Below are positions 1-8,773 of a stretch of 64,000 bases of DNA, piece after piece. This DNA comes from an uncultured virus (IMG/VR IMGVR_UViG_3300011867_000002). Its lineage: Duplodnaviria; Heunggongvirae; Uroviricota; Caudoviricetes. The translations under genes were made by a program, and so were the position numbers. The first letter of the stretch is position 1, and each line of letters begins with the position of its first letter. The stretch spans positions 124,001 to 188,000 of IMG/VR virus record IMGVR_UViG_3300011867_000002. The stretch is one strand, 5' to 3'. The notes beneath the pieces are model-generated. The model ran no database searches, was not told the origin of the DNA, and worked only from the letters and a program-made list of their open reading frames with translations.

Positions 1-667
1 CAGGTGTCTCGCCGCTCCGCAGTGGTGGATGATCGGCCATGAATTGCAACAATGCACTAGGCAAACCACTGCGATGAGGCTGTGGACCAAAACCTGGTGG
101 CATGCCAGCATAATGCCACCAATCGAGCGCGACTTCCGTGCCGTCCAAGTTATAACCCGGACGGACAGCGTGCCACTTCCCATCGACTTGCTGGAAAGAC
201 TCCTGTATAGGGTTACCGTCGTCCTTGAAGTTATTCATGTCCAAGCGCTTCATGGTAGCGAGTTCTTCTTCACTCATGTCAGGAAAGAGTACACGCACAC
301 GCTTCTCGGCTTCTTCTTGCGACAGCAATGGTGCCGGTGGTGCACCAAAGTAAGCCAAGTTCCATTCTTCGTCCGTTGCCTTGGTGTCGTAACGTGGTGT
401 GGCCGGGAGTACCTTACCAGCGTTACTTGGCAAAGGAGAGACACCCATCGACTCGCGGCTGTACTCAGGGAATGGACTCACACCGCACAAGTCCCGTGGA
501 TAGCGTGGACCGCCTGACATCATCCAGCCAGGTGTATGCGTGCCACCAGCAGTCATAGGTTGATTTGCGAAATCAGGCGGAGTAGGGTTGATGATCGAAA
601 TCGCTGTCGAGACATTCTTCTTCGGCATCTCAGCTTCAAACTCTTGTGGTTTCTTCTCGTCAGTCAT
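1..667 (-). CDS. Hypothetical Pro-rich protein (truncated by window start)
   Basis: Read manually: ATG at 667 overlaps the TGA of the upstream ORF (ATGA coupling). Frame MTDEKKPQEFEAEMPKK... stays open to position 1. Absent from the ORF track because no stop lies in the window. Confidence 0.75.
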   Translation of the reverse strand, partial: MTDEKKPQEFEAEMPKKNVSTAISIINPTPPDFANQPMTAGGTHTPGWMMSGGPRYPRDLCGVSPFPEYSRESMGVSPLPSNAGKVLPATPRYDTKATDEEWNLAYFGAPPAPLLSQEEAEKRVRVLFPDMSEEELATMKRLDMNNFKDDGNPIQESFQQVDGKWHAVRPGYNLDGTEVALDWWHYAGMPPGFGPQPHRSGLPSALLQFMADHPPLRSGETP

Positions 668-861
668 TCTTCATCCCCTTTTTCTTCTTCCACCTTCAAA
701 TGAAGGAAAACTTGGTAGAACATTTTCATCAAAGTTTGACGAACCATCTGGGAGGAGTCCACATTACCATAGGGTGACACGAGACGTGCTCGGATCGATG
801 CTTGGTCATACTGAGGATCGTGGGTAAGCAGCAACGTGGGTGCCATCGGTATCTCCGCCAT
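664..861 (-). CDS. Small hypothetical protein (65 aa)
   Basis: ORF coupled to the downstream gene by ATGA and preceded by the bipartite promoter motif at 873-900. Confidence 0.6.
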   Translation of the reverse strand: MAEIPMAPTLLLTHDPQYDQASIRARLVSPYGNVDSSQMVRQTLMKMFYQVFLHLKVEEEKGDEE

Positions 862-1586
862 GTAAAGGGTATTACACTATCCCTTCCTGTCGTAATTTTT
901 GACAGCCCTTAAAAGTCCGGCATAAAAGAAATTTCTTGGAAAATTTTGAAGGCGTTCAAACTCCTCAGAAATCCCCCCCAAATTTCCACTCGCAAAGATA
1001 TGAGGTAGGCGCCCCCTTGGAGCGCCTACCTATAATAAAAGCCCCCCCCACCCCCAACTATAGTTATCTTTAAGATTCTTATATTGCGAGTTGTTCATCT
1101 CGCAACTACGCTTTTTTCTGTATGATAAAGCGTCAGAAAGTTTATACATAAGGTATGTCAAATTGAGTAAAAAAAAGATTTAGTCGGAATTTTTTCTGAA
1201 AGAAAAATTCCTCAGTCTTTTGTTTGCAGAGCAACACCTAAGACAACGAAGATGAGGAAAGTGCAAACAAGGTTGTTTGCACATTACACATGTTTGTTTT
1301 CGACCACTTGATACATTGGACTTCTAAAAGTGTGATTAATGGGCGCGCGGACCGGCGGCGGCGGGCGGCGGCGACCCCGAATACCTCGCCAAAAGCTTCA
1401 CCAAGCACCCTCAGAAGCCATCAGTTAGCTTAACAAAAACCTCCCTTAGAAGTTCCGCTATCTCATCATTAAAACGCTTAGAAGTCGTTTTAATCGGTTT
1501 CTGTATAAGAAACTAACATTGTAGACTTCGTGCTAGAAAGCGTCATCATGTGACAAGCCTGTCTACACCATGCTAAAGGAATTGCT
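862..1586. other. Long non-coding divergent control region with palindromes, C-runs and short direct repeats
   Basis: No credible ORF, AT-rich. Inverted repeats at 1003-1031, 1084-1105, 1186-1211, 1261-1282. CTYARAAGY at 908, 1410, 1445, 1477. Confidence 0.6.
873..900 (-). promoter_or_regulatory. Putative phage-RNAP (middle-type) promoter AAAAATTACG-N14-TGTA
   Basis: Same motif and spacing recur upstream of sbcC, RNase H and the RNAP beta C-part gene. Resembles the phiKZ middle-promoter consensus AAanntTAC. Confidence 0.6.
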
Positions 1587-2078
1587 ATGCGACAACTCGG
1601 CCAGCATCTGCGCCGGGCACTGGAAGACGCCAATGCCCAACAACCCATTACCCTCAAGGGTCCACTGGCTCACGCCATCACCGACGCTCTGAACCAAGAG
1701 TACAGTAAGACCAAGCCCGAAGAAGGCGAGGACAAGCCGGCACTCGAAAGCCAGCAGATGGAAAACGAAGCCTTGAGCCGTGTGGCTTCGCTCCTGACAA
1801 CGCCCGAAGAAGCCATCAACGCCAGTCCGCTGCGTATCTACGGCGTCTCGCAAACCGACATCCACGACGAAGACATCGTCAACGTGGCTACCGATATGGC
1901 AGCCCTCAATCCCGACGACCGTGACAGTTACGTGATCGTCGTCCAAGAGTCGCCTGAAACGGGTGAACTCGAAACCAGGGCCAAAGAACTCTCCGGCGCC
2001 ATGGAAAGCATGGCCCGTGCGTTCGGTGTCAAAATCTTCCCAAGCATGGAAGCGTTTGCCAAAGACCGTTTCGAATAA
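1587..2078 (+). CDS. Hypothetical, probable head protein
   Basis: 163-aa acidic ORF with PALESQ, matching the S/A/G-x-E prohead-protease cleavage motif of phiKZ-like phages. Followed by a hairpin. Confidence 0.7.
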   Translation: MRQLGQHLRRALEDANAQQPITLKGPLAHAITDALNQEYSKTKPEEGEDKPALESQQMENEALSRVASLLTTPEEAINASPLRIYGVSQTDIHDEDIVNVATDMAALNPDDRDSYVIVVQESPETGELETRAKELSGAMESMARAFGVKIFPSMEAFAKDRFE

Positions 2079-2084
2079 GGATCA

Positions 2085-2117
2085 GCCGGTGCCTTCGGGT
2101 ACCGGCCCTTATGCCGC
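2085..2117 (+). terminator. Hairpin with TTATGCCGC tail
   Basis: GCCGGTGCC-TTCG-GGTACCGGC followed by CCTTATGCCGC. Confidence 0.7.
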
Positions 2118-2184
2118 AAAGTTAGTTACGGAATAAGAAAACCGCTAATCCTGTGTATTCCACACTCTTTTGTGAGAGCGGTCC

Positions 2185-3429
2185 ATGCCAGAAAACATCA
2201 AAAGTATTTTCGACGATGAATGTAAAAAGTTGAAAATCGACGCCCAGTTTGCCAAAGCAGTCCATCGTTACCAAATCCTGTTTGTCAACAAGAACCGCGA
2301 GCACATCGAGTTCTTTGGTGGCCACACCTTAGGTGTACAGGTCGTACGCTTTACGTCAGCCGACCGCAGTAAATGGTTCGACGAAATCTTGAAAGCCGAA
2401 GAAGGTCCACTGGCCAGTCGTTTGTCTGGTCTGGACGTCGTCGACTACGAGAACCGGATCGTGGGAAGTGATACCATGAATCTGTCAGCCATCTGGCTTT
2501 TGCACGCGATTCACCATAGCAAGTTCTTGAGCGACAAACTCAAGCGCGAGGCAATGATTGATGTCGTGCTCTCCTTGCAATACAAGTTCTTTACCAGCCT
2601 CTTGGGTCACTACTTCCGGTACGTGGCCGATCCCGGTGTGGCAGAAGCAACTTACGCCAGCTTGTCTGGCAGGTTCTTGATTAAGCAGTACAAGAACTGG
2701 TACGAACTCTTCCGTGGTCGTGCGGAAGAAATCATCAAGCACAAAAAGGATGGCGGCATCCACTACGACCGGATTGTCAACATGGACGACGACGAAGATT
2801 GTCAATACATGCTGAACGATATCCAAGGCCGTATTCGCGACATCATGAAAAACATCGTCGATGAATTCATGACCATCTACAAACAAGGCACCCGGATTCA
2901 TTCGACCAGTGCCGTGGTGGAACACGATGGTGCGGAAATCCTGCGGGATAAAACCAAGAACCTGACGGCTTACACCCGTTACGTCCATAGCGTGATTACT
3001 GACCGAAACTCCTTCGTGCGCGAAGAACTGGTCAGTGTGATTTGTTCAGTCATGTCCACCATGCCAGAAACCTTGTTCAGAAAGACCTTGGAATACATGT
3101 CGGATAACTACCGCCATCGCCAAGCGTCAGACATCGAGGACTTGCTGGACAAAACCTTGGTCCATAGTTTTGCCTACTTGTCGGACAACCGTGAACTCGT
3201 CAACAAGAACACGGACTTGGCAGAATTCTTGAGTCGCCTGCGCGGTGTCTACACGTCTTCTCGCTCGACCGACCCTGAGCTTTTCCACTTACGCGAAACA
3301 GCCGAGCGTATTGTGGGTCGCGCTACGCAGAATCGCAATGATTCCGTGATTGCCAGTATTCGTACCGGAGTACTGCTGTATGTGGTGTTGCGTGCATTCA
3401 CCATGCGGCACTACAGTTCGCACGCTTAA
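2185..3429 (+). CDS. Conserved phiKZ-like (probable virion) protein, possibly gp32-like
   Basis: 414-aa ORF with phage-typical codon usage, convergent with terminase as in related phages (assignment from memory of gene order). Confidence 0.65.
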   Translation: MPENIKSIFDDECKKLKIDAQFAKAVHRYQILFVNKNREHIEFFGGHTLGVQVVRFTSADRSKWFDEILKAEEGPLASRLSGLDVVDYENRIVGSDTMNLSAIWLLHAIHHSKFLSDKLKREAMIDVVLSLQYKFFTSLLGHYFRYVADPGVAEATYASLSGRFLIKQYKNWYELFRGRAEEIIKHKKDGGIHYDRIVNMDDDEDCQYMLNDIQGRIRDIMKNIVDEFMTIYKQGTRIHSTSAVVEHDGAEILRDKTKNLTAYTRYVHSVITDRNSFVREELVSVICSVMSTMPETLFRKTLEYMSDNYRHRQASDIEDLLDKTLVHSFAYLSDNRELVNKNTDLAEFLSRLRGVYTSSRSTDPELFHLRETAERIVGRATQNRNDSVIASIRTGVLLYVVLRAFTMRHYSSHA

Positions 3430-3455
3430 AACCCTCGGCTCTCTGGAGGACAGGA

Positions 3456-3845
3456 ATGACGACGATCGCAAGGATATGCTCCTTCTTCGTGCTGCTTCTG
3501 GAAAGAATCAAAGGAGAGCAAGTATTTGTCTTGGCGGAACTTGATCATAAAGCCATCAGCCACTTGGTGGGCCAATCCTTAATTGATTACGAAATCCACA
3601 TTCATTGTCAGCGGAAACAGTATGTTCGTATGTATCGCCGTTGGCCGTGGTTTAACCGGTCGTATGTTGTCTATCGGGTGTTTACTGTAATCAATGGTAC
3701 TGCTCCTCAGGATGTCGTTGAGGCGTGCATGATTGAAATCGATATCCCTGCCCAACTGCCGTCGTTTGTCGATGACAATCTACAACGCATGAAAGCAGTG
3801 AACTCGTATCTCGATTTGGTGATTGCACGTTTGGCGAAACCCTAG
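3456..3845 (+). CDS. Hypothetical protein
   Basis: 129-aa ORF with GGAGGA/AGGA RBS, ending before a bidirectional hairpin. Confidence 0.7.
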   Translation: MTTIARICSFFVLLLERIKGEQVFVLAELDHKAISHLVGQSLIDYEIHIHCQRKQYVRMYRRWPWFNRSYVVYRVFTVINGTAPQDVVEACMIEIDIPAQLPSFVDDNLQRMKAVNSYLDLVIARLAKP

Positions 3846-3856
3846 TCCAGAAAGAA

Positions 3857-3905
3857 CGGCATAAAACCCACCCCGGCCAACCAGCTAGGGTGGGTTTTAT
3901 ACCGC
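3857..3905. terminator. Bidirectional terminator between convergent genes
   Basis: CGGCATAAAACCCACCC...GGGTGGGTTTTATACCG inverted repeat. Confidence 0.8.
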
Positions 3906-3913
3906 ATGGTCAA

Positions 3914-6157
3914 TTACCGACGATAACCTTCAAACGGGGAATTACTGAAGAAGCCATGGTTTTCTCGGTGTGCAAGTGCCCCTGGATTGGTGGCCCACTT
4001 CGGCGCTTTCTGGTTACCCGTAAAGCGCGCACGTTTCTTCCACTTGTCGTCCTTCACATTTTGCAGGAGTTGATCCAGACTGTGGGTCTCGCCACGATCC
4101 CACATGATGCGGGAATCGAGTCGACGCAGTTCTTGTTCCAAACGGTGCGAGACAAATTCGTCTGGCTCGTTCTTGAGTTGTTCCATCAGCATGTCCATCT
4201 GCTGGCGGTACTCGGCCTGTTCCTCGGCCAGCCACTTATCTTCCAACGTGACTTCTTTTCCGCGTTTGGCAATCTTCGACATGATCTTGGTTGGATCAAT
4301 GCCGTAGTGCACCAAGTTAGTACCTTGGGCGAGCATCCAGTTGACCAAGAGCCAACCGATGGTCATGTCATCGTGTTCACCAGGTGGGTGGTCGACGCGG
4401 CCATTCTTGGTAATCAAGCCCACAGTTTGATCAACCAGTGCTTTGTCGCTCATGCGATCCATACACAAACTTGCTGCTGCCTGCAAGGTGGTGGTGTAGA
4501 GTTCATTACGGCTCTGAGCGCCGGCGCCAGTCGTGGCAAAGCCGAAGAAGCGCTTGAAGCGATCCATCCAGTCGGATGGACGACGGTTCATTGGTACCCC
4601 GCATACTTCCTTGTATCGCTCACGGTGCAGGCCGTGGTCATTCACTACCCAATTGAACAGGCGTTTGAAAGGATCGATGCCAGCAGCTGCCAGATTCACA
4701 ATCAGGTAGTCAAGAATCATGCCACCCGTCGATTTGCGTTCAATGATACCGGTGACGTTCGGGTACTGGATCATGAAGAGGCACAGCCACTTCGAGAACA
4801 TGATCAAGTTGATTTCGTTGTACGAACCCGCCGCCACGACTTCCAGACTTTCCACATCCATCAGGACGAAGGAAATCTCATCACGACCAATCGCTTCACT
4901 TGTATCCATGCCGAATACAAATTTGCCGGACGCCATGCGCGCTGCAATCTGACTCTTCGGGATGTACCAGCGGGTGATGTAGTTAAACGGCTTGGTGATT
5001 TCTGTGTACGCCACATCTTTCACCGAGCGCACCATCATCTCCAACACGTCCAGCGGCAACGGCGAGGTTTGGCTACCCGAAGTCCACATGTTGAAGTAGT
5101 CTCGGTTTGCATCATCGCCTTCAGCGAACGAGTCAGCCAACTTGCCAGCTAACCATGCGTCGGATTTACCCAATTGACGGTGGTTAAAGGTCGCATTGAC
5201 AGCGGCTTTCTTGATCTTACCTTCTACCCGGCAACCAGCCAACACGGTGCGTTCCAAATCTTCTTGGTCTTCACAGTCGTACAGGGCTTCTGACCAAATA
5301 CAAGCATTCGAGATCAGCTTGTACATGTACGCGCCGTCTTTGTCGTCCTTCTTACCGGCGGTCGTGGTGAAGATTGTGCCGTATGGGGAACCTTGTTCCT
5401 TAGCACGGTCAACCGCCGCGCCAGTAGCTGCCAATGCAGCCGGCAATGCAATCTTGATGTTTGGTTGGAAAGGACCTTCGTCAATCTGGAAGATCGGCGA
5501 AGTCAGACCACGACCCATGTTGATCGCACGCTTCTCCGACATTTGCGGCACGTGCGTCTTGTACCGGTTGCCATTTGCCATCACCGTGATCTCTTCGGTG
5601 TTGTTGGCGTCGTCCGGGTGTTTTAGTTGCAAGTATTTCGGTAAGTCGGCAATGATGGACTTCATGCGCTCAATGTTGGCGCGGCGCAGCGTGTCATCCT
5701 TGGTCAACAAGTTGATGACGGTCTTCTCGCAAATGAATTCCATCAAGAGTACCATCAGCACGTCGGTCGAGAAGGATTTACCCGTCTGACGAATCTGAAT
5801 CAGGAATACGGTAATGTGATTGAAGAACAACCACCAGAGACAGATGTTACCGCGGTTCGCCTCCACCATCACGCCGTCGACGCTACCGTTACCCGGTGCG
5901 AGTGCGACTTCGCGGAAGAAGTACCACGGGTTGAGTTTACACTCGACGCCAATCGCAGTCATCTGCTCCAGCGTCAGATTTGGGTCACGTGGATCGACGC
6001 CTTTCAGGGCCGGGTTCAAGAGTGCTAAAAAGAAAGCACAGTTCTTGACACCCATGGAATCTAAGAGGGCAGCCATCCTTACAAAGCTGCGGTTACGGGT
6101 ATCCCAGTCGGGACGGGCGGTTGGGTATTTTAACCAGTCACGGGCAAATAAAATGAT
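3914..6157 (-). CDS. terL: Terminase large subunit (phiKZ gp25-like); start probably non-AUG (ATC at 6157)
   Basis: Walker A RQTGKS, Walker B FQIDE, coupling motif TTT, RNase H-like nuclease GMDTS and C-terminal HDD. AAGGAG RBS lies 6 nt upstream of ATC-ATT-TTA-TTT. Confidence 0.92.
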   Translation of the reverse strand: MILFARDWLKYPTARPDWDTRNRSFVRMAALLDSMGVKNCAFFLALLNPALKGVDPRDPNLTLEQMTAIGVECKLNPWYFFREVALAPGNGSVDGVMVEANRGNICLWWLFFNHITVFLIQIRQTGKSFSTDVLMVLLMEFICEKTVINLLTKDDTLRRANIERMKSIIADLPKYLQLKHPDDANNTEEITVMANGNRYKTHVPQMSEKRAINMGRGLTSPIFQIDEGPFQPNIKIALPAALAATGAAVDRAKEQGSPYGTIFTTTAGKKDDKDGAYMYKLISNACIWSEALYDCEDQEDLERTVLAGCRVEGKIKKAAVNATFNHRQLGKSDAWLAGKLADSFAEGDDANRDYFNMWTSGSQTSPLPLDVLEMMVRSVKDVAYTEITKPFNYITRWYIPKSQIAARMASGKFVFGMDTSEAIGRDEISFVLMDVESLEVVAAGSYNEINLIMFSKWLCLFMIQYPNVTGIIERKSTGGMILDYLIVNLAAAGIDPFKRLFNWVVNDHGLHRERYKEVCGVPMNRRPSDWMDRFKRFFGFATTGAGAQSRNELYTTTLQAAASLCMDRMSDKALVDQTVGLITKNGRVDHPPGEHDDMTIGWLLVNWMLAQGTNLVHYGIDPTKIMSKIAKRGKEVTLEDKWLAEEQAEYRQQMDMLMEQLKNEPDEFVSHRLEQELRRLDSRIMWDRGETHSLDQLLQNVKDDKWKKRARFTGNQKAPKWATNPGALAHRENHGFFSNSPFEGYRR

Positions 6158-6167
6158 GATAATCTCC

Positions 6168-6953
6168 TTAGCACTTAACGTGCGCAGCAAGTGGAGTGAA
6201 AATCCAGCCTTGGTAGGGGTAAAGATTTCCTTTCCTTGTTCGATTGTTCTTGACAATGTTCAAGCCAAGACCGAGTCTTTCACATGCTTGTTTGAGTGAT
6301 TGAAAAATACAAACCTGTTTTGTTTCAACGTTATGTGCGTAAATCTCACACCGCGTGTTCAGCGTGTTTTCTTCACATTCATAAGCCATTAACGTCGGCC
6401 AAGGATGGTCGTTGTCGAGCTTGAACAACATGTTTTCATGTTTGATCCTACCCGCAGTCAACGAGTTCAAATGGCGGTTTAAGACGTCAGCATTGATAAG
6501 TAATTGTCGAGCACAGTACGAGATCGAACGATACCGCTTAATCTTACCCGTGATCGTATCTTTAACGAGAACAGCCTTTTCGTTATCGAATAAACCCATC
6601 TCTCGCGCATGTTCCATATTTTCTTTACCAGTCACCCATTCGAGGTTGTTAATTGCATTGTTGGTTTTGTTCCCGTCGATATGGTTGACTTGGAGTTCTG
6701 CGTAAGGAGTATAGCGATGGCGTTCAGGTCGCGGTACAAACAACAAGGCAAGCAGACGGTGGACAGGGAAGTGTCGGTACCTCCCGTCGTATCTGAAAGT
6801 TGTCCCGCGATATCCTTTTGGGCAGATATTCGTGAAGTGGGCTTCTTTCCTTCGATAGTTATAAAGATCACCGTTCAGATTGATGAGAATAGGAACTGGG
6901 ACGAAAGGCATTTCGTAAAAACCGGGATAATCTGGATGTTCTTTCGGTTGCAT
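6168..6953 (-). mobile_element. Free-standing HNH homing endonuclease (HNH plus NUMOD1/IENR1-like repeats)
   Basis: VHRLLA...VNHIDGNKTNNAINNLEW HNH motif. Two C-terminal helix-turn-helix-like modules (YRSISYCARQL, FQSLKQACERL). More AT-rich than the flanking genes. Confidence 0.9.
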
Positions 6954-7083
6954 AATTTCTTTCTGGAATAAGGAATCAAATTATATATGAATCCATACTC
7001 TCAAAAGAAATCATCACAATAATCTCCTTTTCGAATGACGAGCATAAACCCCCGCCACCCGAGTCGGATGACGGGGAGTTTAC

Positions 7084-8763
7084 TTACGCCGTTTGGCGGA
7101 CGGGCAGACCGGAGATACCCAGCTGGATATCGTTGTCGGCTGTCCGCTTGAAGAAGCGCACGAAGAGGGTCGACGCGTTAGGAACGGCCTCGCTGATCGT
7201 GTGCAGCAGTTTCCACTCGGCGATCGGGAACTCGATCGAGCGGTTGTTGAACACCAGCGCGAAGTGCGTTGGCACCGGCGCTTTGCTTTCCTTGTTCGAG
7301 TCGTACAACGGCAGCGAACGGTAGTACAGACGGTCGAGCCAGTCGTCGAAGTTCGTCAAACCCATGCTGATGCTGACGCGCCAGTTGTTGGTGTCGATGA
7401 AGGTCGACTCGGCGTAGTTCTGGACACCGTACACGGGATTCTGGCCCGGTTCGAAACCGATCGTCCAGTTGGTGTCTTTCTCTTCGCCAGGACGCAGGAG
7501 CGTCACGTCGATGTACTGGACGTGTTTGTACTTGTTGAAGGTGGCGTTCACGCTTTGCAGGTCGACCGACACCGCCAGTCGCTGCGTGGTGCCATACTCC
7601 AGCGGCTGGAGCGTCCGGTTCGCTTCCTCGAAACGCACATGTGGCGTACAACGCCAGATGTTGGTGCGCTCCAGATTCGACAGGAACCATTCCAGACGAT
7701 AACCATCGACGGCGCCCAGCCAGACTGGGTAAGCAAACAGCTTGACCGAGTACGAGCCATTGGCCACCAAGGTGCGTGCCCGGTAGTGCTTGGTCACGTT
7801 GTTGTTCTCGCCCACGGTCAGGTCGTACGCGATCTCGTCGCGCGACAGGTTGTAGTTGAGGATCAACTTGACTTCGTCACCCACCACGGTCAGGATGTAG
7901 TCTTCCAGACCAAACAGCGAGAACTTGGTGCCGTCGACCGGATGCTTCTCGATCGTGCCATCGCTGTAACGCACCACGCCGACCAGGTTCAAGCCCTGCA
8001 TCAGAACGTTGATCGGGTACTGGATCAGGGTGGCATCCGAGTTCGACAGGAACGGCGTATCGAGGTACACGTCGGTCACATAACGCACAGCCGTATTTGG
8101 CGCGGTAATGAAGTCGGTATTCTCGACCAGCACTTGGCGCTTCGACAGCAGCACGTTGTCGTCGGTGAAGAACGCCACGTACAGTGGTTCACCGTTTGGA
8201 ATCTTTTCGGTACACTTGAACGGCACCACCGTCTTGCGGGTCCGGTTGCCCATGATCTCTGCCAGTTCCAGTGGCACGTCTTGGCCCACCAGATTGCCGC
8301 CGGCGTCGTACACGGCACTGATGACTTTGCTGGCGGCACCAGCGAAACCACCACGCATCACACGCGCATACTTGGCACGCGCAGCCCAGACGAAGCAGCG
8401 TTGCTCGATGACCATGTCGTAAGGCACCACCTTGTCGTTCAGGTAGGCGCGGAAGGTGCTGCTTTGTGGGCCTGGTCCCACGCCGAGCAGGATGTCGTCG
8501 GGTTCGAGCGAGATGTCGACGTTGCCGCTACCGGTTCGCACCAGCGTGGACTTCATCGTAACCGGATCGATTTCCGTGACCTTGTACATGACTTCGGTAT
8601 CGGTATCGAGCACCCGGTCCTTGAGGTTCGGGACGAAACGGTTTGCGCCGATCGTGCCATCGAAAATCTCGAACAAGGCCCATTGCCGGAAACCACGATG
8701 TGGGTCCCAGATCGGTTGGACGTTGTCGACACTCCCAACGGCACTGTTGTTTTCTACAGCCAT
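7084..8763 (-). CDS. Virion structural/baseplate protein (phiKZ gp26-like)
   Basis: 559-aa ORF with strong codon bias, between terminase and sheath as in phiKZ-like phages. Confidence 0.75.
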   Translation of the reverse strand: MAVENNSAVGSVDNVQPIWDPHRGFRQWALFEIFDGTIGANRFVPNLKDRVLDTDTEVMYKVTEIDPVTMKSTLVRTGSGNVDISLEPDDILLGVGPGPQSSTFRAYLNDKVVPYDMVIEQRCFVWAARAKYARVMRGGFAGAASKVISAVYDAGGNLVGQDVPLELAEIMGNRTRKTVVPFKCTEKIPNGEPLYVAFFTDDNVLLSKRQVLVENTDFITAPNTAVRYVTDVYLDTPFLSNSDATLIQYPINVLMQGLNLVGVVRYSDGTIEKHPVDGTKFSLFGLEDYILTVVGDEVKLILNYNLSRDEIAYDLTVGENNNVTKHYRARTLVANGSYSVKLFAYPVWLGAVDGYRLEWFLSNLERTNIWRCTPHVRFEEANRTLQPLEYGTTQRLAVSVDLQSVNATFNKYKHVQYIDVTLLRPGEEKDTNWTIGFEPGQNPVYGVQNYAESTFIDTNNWRVSISMGLTNFDDWLDRLYYRSLPLYDSNKESKAPVPTHFALVFNNRSIEFPIAEWKLLHTISEAVPNASTLFVRFFKRTADNDIQLGISGLPVRQTA

Positions 8764-8773
8764 AGAGTTCTCC

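Noticed and set aside
29..827. Plus-strand ORFs 29-517, 328-558, 588-827
   Set aside because: Shadows of the coupled minus-strand genes 1-667 and 664-861.
6158..6256. N-terminal extension of terminase from TTG 6256
   Set aside because: Lies within the HNH coding sequence and has no RBS. A strong AAGGAG sits right before the conserved ILFxxDW start.
6164..7010. Group I intron around the HNH gene
   Set aside because: Only about 60 nt of non-coding sequence flank the ORF, and I could not find P7 or other core elements. A free-standing endonuclease is simpler, though this is not excluded without RT-PCR.
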